Positions 32,721 to 40,676 of a stretch of 40,676 nt of DNA are shown here, in pieces (the first letter of the stretch is position 1; every line of letters starts with the position of its first letter). The position numbers and the translations under genes were made by a program. The notes under the pieces are model-generated. The model was not told the origin of the DNA. It searched no databases and saw only the letters and a list, made by a program, of their open reading frames with translations. The stretch comes from Octopus bimaculoides. Its lineage: Eukaryota. The stretch covers positions 75,871,013-75,911,688 of the forward strand of contig NC_068982.1 of NCBI RefSeq assembly GCF_001194135.2. Direction: 5' to 3'.

Positions 32721-35700
32721 GCTCTGCTGGTGACTTTCCTGAATTAGTATTTGGATTTGGCATTATCCTATATACTCTCCAAAACTTTGTTAGTGCCTCG
32801 TCATTATCTAGCTCATTCCTAGCTTTTCTTAGAGCTCTTTTGAACGTGTTGACAAATCTTTTCACCTGCCCATTTAACCTCGGGTGGTAGGGTGGAATAA
32901 AGATGTGCTTTATGACACATATTTTTCAGAAATTTCTTAATTCATATCCTGTGAATTGTGTTCCACTATCTGAAACTAACGTGTCTGGAATACCATATCG
33001 AGCAAATAACTTGAGTAAGAACTTTATTGTTGTCTTTGCTGCGGGTTTATTACATCTGCATACCTCTGGCCACTTTGTATAGTTATCCACAATGATTAGA
33101 TAGTATGCTTCATTCAATGGTCCAGCGTAGTCGATATGTATCCTGGACCATGGGCTCTGTCTCTGGCCACGATTGATATTTTACTGGTGGTACTTTGGTT
33201 GCCAGCACGCAACCTCTACATGCTTTCACCAGTTTCTTCATGTCCCTGTCCATTGTTGGCCAATATACAAAGCTCCTCACTAAAACTTTCATTCTGGACA
33301 TTCCTGGGTGCCTACAGGGGAATTATTGCAATACTCATTTTTGCAGTGCATTTGGTATTACTACTCTCTGCGTGTAAATTATGGCACCATCGCATAGTGA
33401 AAAATTATTTGTATTTTTATTATGCTTATTTTTCAATGTTTCTTTCATTCTTGTAATGTAACTATCCTCAACAACTTTCATTTTTATATCATGTGCTGTC
33501 ACCAGCATTTCCTGGATTATATGACACACGATACCTCTTACTTCATTTTCTGACTGCAATGACGCTCTTGGGAATTAGCCTCGATAAGCACTCTGAATGA
33601 CTAATTTTCTGCAATGGAATATACTGCACCTTCAAATTGTAGTTCAGCAATATAGTACCCCAGCTTTGTAGTTGGTTCGCTGTACAGGTAGGCAATCCCT
33701 TCTTTGATCCAAAAATTGATAGTAATGGTCGATGGTCAGTTTGTAACAAAAAACTTCTACCATGTAGAAATTTGTGAAATATTTTTACCGCAAAAATAAT
33801 TGATAGAACCTCCTTCTTTATCTGACTATACTTTTTTTTCCACTGCTATCAGTAAATGTGAAGCATGAACTTCTGACTTCATATTTCCATCTTTATATTT
33901 GTGTAGCAAGACTGCTCCTATTCTATACTCCGAAGCATCAGACATTACAACAATGTCCATTCTAGGATGGAAATGCGCTTGTGACAAGTCAAAAATTAGT
34001 ATTTTCTTTATGTCTTCAAGTGCATTTTGGCACTTTACTGACCAATTCCCTTTTACTTCTTTTTTCAATAAATCGTTTAACGATGCTCGCAATTTATGCA
34101 TATTTGGAATGTACTGTTGATAGTAATTTACTAGGTCAAGGAAAGCTTGCAATGTTGGTATGTTCATTGGAGAAGGCCTACTCTCGATTGCGTCTGCCCT
34201 CGACAGGTCAGGACGTCTTCCATTCTGATCTATGATTTGACGTAGGTATTTGATTTTAGGCAAAAGAATTCACACTTCTCTTCACTGAGTGTGAAACCAT
34301 AATCCATATTTTTTTTAAAGACACACTTCACGTGTTCAATATGCTAATTCTATGATTCGCTTTTGATTAACATATCATCAAGGTAAGGAATAACAAATTG
34401 ACAGTCTGCCAACATTGCATCCATCACCTGTTGAAATATGGCAGGTGCTACCTTCAGTCCAAAAGTTAGGCTGTTGTATTTGTATAGACCTCTGTATATG
34501 TTGACCGTTAACAGCTTCAAGCATTTTTTTTACCTACTTTGATTTGTAGATATGCGTCAGACAGATTGAGTTTTGAAAATAATTTTCCTCTGTTTAGTGT
34601 TATAAAAATATCTTCTGGGATTGGTAGTGGATAATGGTTCATTTTTAAATAGTCATTTAAACCAGTTGAAAAATCGGCACACAACCTAATCTTGTTATTT
34701 TCCTTTTTTATACATACAGTCGGAGCTGCCTATTTCATGTAATCCACTTTTTCACTGATTCCATTTTTTTCCAATCTGTCCAACTCATTGTAGCAAAAAG
34801 CACTTTCCTGTTAGGCTTGAACACAGGTGTAACGTTATCATCTAATTCAAAACACGCTTCAGTCTTTGTGCATAGACTTAGTTTGTCTGAGAGTACTTGT
34901 GGAAACATTAAAATATTTTTAGAGGTACAATCATTTATGTTTTTACAATAGAGATTTATGGGAGGTCCCATAAATCGAATAATTCTAACCAATCAGTACC
35001 AAACAAATCAGTTACATCTTACTGATGAAGATTTTTGCTTTGCATGTTTTCCCTTGAAATGTGACATTAGTTCACATTTCGCCAATGAAATGTAATTTGT
35101 TAACTGTCAGGCTACAAGCAAATTTTACTGTTTTTCTCAACATAGGTTTCCCTATTTTCTTCCATGTGTCCATATTTATTGTTAAAATATCACTTCTAGT
35201 ATCCAATTGAAGCTTGATATGTATTCCATTTATTTTTACATGTACGAATTTTCTCATTTGGGAGTTGATTTTTGTTTCTGCTGAGAGCACTCTGGGATTT
35301 TTAACATTTACCTTTTGTAATTTTGTTCTGCAGTGTGAATTCTTGTGACCAATTCTTTTGCAATTGTAACATTTTTGATTTTTAAATGGACAGTCTTTTC
35401 TGAAATGTAGGCCCCCACATCCATAACATGGATTAAGATGTGGCACTCCTTTTTGGTTGTACTTTTCAGGTCGGCATATCTGTATTTTTGAGGAATCCTT
35501 TTCTTAAATTCTTCCTACATCGTGTTTCAGGTTTACCATCCGTTGGCATTCTTCTGCTACAGATTGTAAGGTTAGATCTTGGTTTGCCTGTTCCAATTTA
35601 GAAAGAATTCTTGCCCAAATTTCTGTATCTTCACTTGCTGTAAGGTCTTGTATGAAAATAAGACACTTGAACATCTCGGGTGTATGTTCTTTGAATTTAA

Positions 35701-36508
35701 AACTTTCACACATCCTGTTGATTGTTCCTGCGTATGTGATAAAATCATCATTCTCTTTGTTCGTTATATTCCAACATTACATTTGAGTGTTAAACAGAAG
35801 TTTTATCACCAAATGAGTTACATAGTAATTCTATTGTTTCTTTAAAGCAAATTTCATTGGTTTTTTTGGGGCAATATGAAATTACAGTAATGTTCATGTT
35901 ATAACGGAGCTAATTTTCGCAATAACACTCTCACTTTTTGTTTGTCAATCATGATTAGCAATCTTGCTTTAAAATCCCCTTATACTTTTTTTACCTTTTG
36001 TATAATGCAAAAGTTATACCCTCCTGGGTTATAACTGAATTCATTAATCGAGTTTGAAATGCCATCTAGCGAAAATGAACTTACTCCATTTTTGGACTTC
36101 TTTGAATATAGCTCCAATAGTTGTTGCTGTAATAATTGCTTCTGCAACTCCTGTTGCTGATCTTGTTGTTGCTTTTGCAACTGTACTATGGAAGCTAATA
36201 AGTCTTCCATTATTTAACAAGTTATATCATGAACAAATTGTTAAATAACCTATGTGAGCTACGGAAACCTTGTCACCAAATCTCTTTACAAACCAAACAA
36301 ATCTCTTTACAAGCCAAACAAATCTCTTTACAAACCAACAATCAATATTCCTTGTGAATTAACCAACTGACACCTTCTGATTTCTCTGTGAACTAACACA
36401 AACTTCACTTGACTCTGAAGCCTCAAACTCACTCGGGTCGTTACTATTTATACTTTACTTTGACCAGTCTATCTTTTGCAATGGGGCGCTGTAACTCTCA
36501 TCACAACA
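32720..36508 (-). mobile_element. Gypsy (Mag-like) LTR retrotransposon, defective, 3' end missing
   Basis: Order is 5'LTR, PBS, gag, PR, RT, RH, IN. Gag starts MEDLLASI (36210); two knuckles CYGCGGLHFRKDC and CYNCKRIGHKNSHC (about 35330-35428); PR LQLDTRSD; RT PYLDDM (about 34372-34389); RH SDASEYRIGAVL; IN RSFVYWP, IVDNYTKWPEV, FARYGIPDTLVSDSG. Many frameshifts. Confidence 0.95.
36278..36508 (-). mobile_element. 5' LTR of the Gypsy element, with PBS at 36268-36278
   Basis: Starts TGTTGTG at 36508; TATAAATA at 36445-36452; followed by PBS-like TGGTGACAAGG. The terminal CA is not evident and the U5 end is a 3x21-bp repeat. Confidence 0.7.
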
Positions 36509-37315
36509 TGCATATTCATGGTGCACAATACCTCTAAAGTAAAAAAAAAAAAACAGGTCATCATCTGTTTAACATTGCTAGGCACTTGTCTTGCTTTCTT
36601 TGGTCTTGGCGAGGATGAATGCTTCCATTAGGATGATTGCAATTTTGTTTCAGGGTCATAGCCATACCCCCATGTTTCATTGCTAGTGATGGTAGTGTTC
36701 ATAAAGTTTTAATCTTGGATAGTACACTCCAGCATGTTCTGGGATATTTCCTTTATGTGGTCAGACAACAACTTTTCTACTTATTTGGCTGACATCCACC
36801 TCATGCACAAATCTTCTGTTATAATTGATTGAACTGACCCATGGCTGATTCCATCTTTGGCAATAACCTCCTCAATAGTCACACAACAGTCTCCATAGAC
36901 TATTCCTTGAACCTTTGCAATCATTTTATCAATGGTCTGTCACAACGTGGATCACTATCCTCTGAGGTGCAGTCATCTTTGAACTGGTTATACCACTCCT
37001 TTATTTGTGTTTTTCCCAAAGACTCATCTCCAAAGGCCTCCTGAATCTTCTTGATAGTCTGGGGCTTTGGCTGAATTTGATTCAGCTCAATGCGCTCTGT
37101 CATCTTGACTAAAAAAAAAAATCGCACAGTACACTCTTTCTATCTATATTCAATGCATCACTGCAGGTGAATGACGCAACCTAGAGATGGAAATTTTTGT
37201 GTATGTTCAGGAAGGATGCGGTCAACTAATACTCATGCGGGTTTTGCTCACACAAAATTATTTTGTGCAAAAAAAAAAAAAAAATCAAGGTAGGATACTT
37301 TTTGACTACACCTTG
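36509..37315 (-). mobile_element. Mariner-family transposon, 5' half, decayed
   Basis: TA|CAAGGTGTAGTCAAAAAGTATCC TIR-like end at 37315. Translations AFGDESLGKTQIKEWYNQFKD, ITSNETWGYGYDPETK, WKHSSSPRPKKARQV and RGIVHHEYA, the last ending exactly at the Gypsy LTR. Confidence 0.88.
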
Positions 37316-38418
37316 TACATGCATACATGATGGGCTTCCACACAGTGGGACTGAACTTAGTGTCACATGGTTGACAAGCAAGCCTCTAAACCACACTGCT
37401 ATGCCTGTGCCTATATGTTTTATTCCTATGTTGAGCAAAAAAAAAAAAGTGTGTATAGTATTTTGTCGAGTGTGGTCTCTTACAGTCTGAGTTCAAATCC
37501 TTTCAACTTCATCATTTATCTTTCTGGTAAAGTACTAATGAAAGATTGAGTTGATGTAAGATCGCTATAAAGCATCCAAGATGTTAATGGTAATTATTAT
37601 GACTGAAGAAGGAAAAGGGAGATGAGGAGGAGGAAGAAGAAGAAGAAGAAAACGACAATGATGATGATCACAATGACGGAAACAACAACAGCATCATCAT
37701 CACCACTGTCACTACCATTACTAATGAAGCACTAGGACCAATGGTATTGCCCAGACCCCTTCCCTCTAAGCCATTGGCCTTATGCTTAATGCTTTAGCAT
37801 TTGGATTACTCAGTCAATTGTGATGCTTATTTATTCACATTGTTTTCAGTTAATAATGTGGCATCTTTCAGCTTTGAGATTTCAGTGATTGCATATTTTT
37901 AAAATGACATTATCGGGTAGGTGTGAAAAGCCAGATCTGGCCAGTTTGAACAAACAAGTAAGATATTTTGGCTGGATATGGCCAGTTTAAATGCCAAAGA
38001 GTTTTAAATTTGTTTCCAATTTTGGCAGAAGGTCAACAATTTCGGGGAGAGGGCAAGTGACCTCAGTGCTCAACTGCTACTTATTTTATCAACCTGCAAA
38101 AGGATGAAATGCAAAGTTGACTCTGATGGAATTTGAACTCAGAATGTAAAGTTGGATGAAATGCTGCTAAGCATCTTACCCATCATGCTAACAATTCTGC
38201 CAGTTCGCTGCCTTCGCAAAGGATTAAATTAGAAACAATTATTAATGAAGGAAGACAATTGAGTTTGTCAAAGGCAAATGAACTCAGTAAGAGTACAACT
38301 GTAATAAACCTATTATTGAGTGAATAAAATCCTAAAATTTGAAATTTGATAATCTCTATCAATAAAGTTGGTTGGTTGGTTGATTTCCTCTAGTTACACT
38401 TTACATTGTGGAGAGAGA

Positions 38419-38790
38419 GTGGAGGCTCAGTGGTTAGGGCAGTGGACTGGCGGTCATAGGATCGCGGTTTTGATTCCCAGACCAGGTGTTGTGAGTGTTT
38501 ATTGAGTGAAAACACCTAAAGCTCCACGAGGCTCTGGCAGGAGATGGTAGCGAACCCTGCTGTACTCTTCCACCACAACTTTCTCTCACTCTTACTTCCT
38601 GCTTCTGTTGTGTCTGTAATTCAAAGGGTCAGCCTTGTCACACTGTGTCACGCTGAATATCCCCGAGAACTACGTTAAGGGTACACGTGTCTGTGGAGTG
38701 CTCAGCCACTTGCACGTTAATTTCACGAGCAGGCTGTTCCGTTGAATGGATCAACTGGAACCCTTGTCGTTGTAACCGACAGAGTGCCAA
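38419..38790 (+). mobile_element. tRNA-derived SINE family C with 15-bp TSD
   Basis: Head GGAGGCTCAGTGGTTAGGGC...GGTTTTGATTCCC. CATTGTGGAGAGAGA is duplicated at 38404-38418 and 38792-38806. Confidence 0.88.
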
Positions 38791-38999
38791 CCATTGTGGA
38801 GAGAGAACAAAAGAGAGCTACAGAGATGCAGGATAAGTGTGCATGTTAGAGAGAAAGAGAGGGAGGCAAAATTCCAGTGTTGGCACTTCAATACCGATTT
38901 TGATTCTTATGACTTTTTGAAATATACACATTTTTTTCATTAACTTTTTCAGAGATAGGTTTTTGATGGAGTAGATTGTGATAAAATTTAGAAAAATAA

Positions 39000-39290
39000 T
39001 GACACTGCTGGATGGATTCAGATGAAACTTTCAGAGATGTTTGGCCTTGTGACTGGCACAAACTGATTAGATTCTGGGATTGATCTGGTACTGGACAAGG
39101 ATTCTGGATAATTTTTCGTTTTTTTTACTTAATTTTTGAGATCGGTCAGGTTCATTTTTAGGATTCACATTTGTGAGAGCAGTCAAATTTATTTCAGATA
39201 TTCTCATTTAAAAAATCATCTCCGGCTAATCATTGAGAGGACGTTGGTGTTGCCTTGGTGGAGATTTTCGTTCTGTGAGAGCTCTTTTTA
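39000..39290 (+). mobile_element. Helentron-associated (HINE-like) non-autonomous element remnant
   Basis: GGATGGATT...ATGAAACTTTCAG, CTGATTAGATT-TGGGA-TGATC, and terminal GCCTTGGTGGAG...TCTGTGAG resemble HINE internal and right-end motifs (recalled, unverified). Confidence 0.45.
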
Positions 39291-39740
39291 ATTTTGTTTT
39301 GTGGTAATAAATATTTTTCATTTGAAAATTAGTATTTATTTCATCATTTTGTAGAAGCAGCAAGAAATTTAATAAAAACTTTGTTATAATTATTGTATGT
39401 ATGCCATAGTACTGAAGGTGGCCAAAGTATAGTTCCAAAGTTACTCATCATATGATGAGTAACATTCTATTCATTCATATAAATGATAATCACGACTATG
39501 TACACAATAGCATTCATCTGACTACAACTATGTAGACAATAGCATTCATCTGAAAGATCTTCCTGCTTCAGGAACAATTAGGAAATTAAAACAATTAATG
39601 AATACAACTGCAACAATTTCTGCTGAAGTAGAAAGAGGTATTTTTTTGTTCATTAATATTATTTACGGTATGAAAACATGTCACTTAGTGTAGCACATGT
39701 CTGAAACACTTATTATTAACTTATTTTATACAACAATACA

Positions 39741-39776
<36 letters not shown>

Positions 39777-39784
39777 TTTATAGA

Positions 39785-39842
<58 letters not shown>

Positions 39843-40099
39843 TACATATAAATGTTATCTGTGTATCATACTCAATGTATATATACTGGTGATGAGTATG
39901 CTGTTGTGGTTTTTGTCTGAAAGAAAGTCTTTCCATAGATTTGTGTTAAAAACACAATGTTGAGATGAACATCACCCTAGCAGTGACTCAGGGAAATACT
40001 GAATGCATTTTATCCTTTTTGAGGTTTGTCAGTGATACATTCCTGTGGTCATATGTCCTAATGAAATAGTGAATACATTCACTACCATTGCAGGAAGCT

Positions 40100-40265
40100 T
40101 GTTAGGCTAAAATAAATTCCTGTGTTATTGCCTGGAGGACTATGATAAATAGGAGGGTGCTGCGGACTGAACCTTGGTGGACCCCTATCTCTACCTGGAA
40201 TTCTTCACTGTACTCGTTGCCAATCCTCACCTTACTGACAGCGTCCCTGTACATGGCTTGTACAC
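40100..40265 (-). mobile_element. Short RTE-type RT fragment
   Basis: The minus strand translates VQAMYRDAVSKVRIGNEYSEEFQVEIGVHQGS...LFIIVLQAIT. Confidence 0.75.
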
Positions 40266-40501
40266 GGGGTGTTCATTTTGATATGTTGAATCTTTTGTTT
40301 ATTTTTATATACTTTGACCATACTATACTGATGATCGAAAGTTACATATTGTTGTAATAATCGTTAAATTGTTCGATATATTGTTAAGTCTGTTTTTGAG
40401 AAGCCAGTTTTTGAGAGTTGCATTTCCTCACGTTCGGTAAAAATGTGTTTATTATGGTAGTTTTAGCGTGAGGCATTCTTCTATAGTAATACCCTTATAT
40501 C

Positions 40502-40532
<31 letters not shown>

Positions 40533-40605
40533 TATATTATATATATCATTTATATTACATACATCTATATTCTTTATACTATATATATATATTGTTTATA
40601 TTATA

Positions 40606-40676
40606 CTAGCAGAAATACCCAGCGTTGCCCGGGTTAAAGAGAATAATGAAATCTAAAAACGCCGTCTAGACTACGC
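40606..40676 (-). mobile_element. Helitron 3' terminus (element extends past window end)
   Basis: The minus strand reads hairpin CCCGGGCAACGCTGGG (40618-40633), then 8 nt, then CTAG|T (40606-40609). Confidence 0.8.

Noticed and set aside
39495-39553. 27-bp direct repeat x2 with a 5-bp spacer (and the 21-bp x3 array at 36278) as CRISPR-like
   Set aside because: There are only two units or no unique spacers, no cas genes, and the context is eukaryotic; these are simple local duplications.

Overview
This is eukaryotic, AT-rich DNA dense in microsatellites, with six N-gaps that mostly abut (TA)n. It is not prokaryotic: there are no operons, rRNA, tRNA genes or CRISPR arrays. The repeat complement resembles what I recall for coleoid cephalopods, most likely Octopus (inference, not a database result). 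Most of the window is decayed mobile DNA: several tRNA-derived SINE families, an RTE-clade LINE fragment, a head-to-tail cluster of three R4/Dong-like RLE retrotransposon fragments, a CR1/L2-type 3' end, a complete but defective Tc1 element with DD36E spacing, a Gypsy element inserted into a mariner, a second Gypsy integrase-tail plus LTR fragment, Helitron termini and two long fold-back elements. I cannot support any intact host protein-coding gene. There is a convincing NRF1/ETS/YY1 promoter-like cluster at about 2.3-2.4 kb and a few candidate + strand splice units. The most notable items are: (1) a minimal type-I hammerhead ribozyme fold at 674-722 in a short (TA)n-flanked unit, with a decayed hammerhead-like architecture in the arms of the inverted repeat at 30.7-31.2 kb; (2) the DD36E Tc1; (3) the microsatellite-junctioned R4/Dong cluster; (4) a speculative exonised Gypsy integrase tail. 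Most long ORFs in the supplied track are microsatellite or N-gap artefacts. Most coordinates for decayed repeats are approximate.
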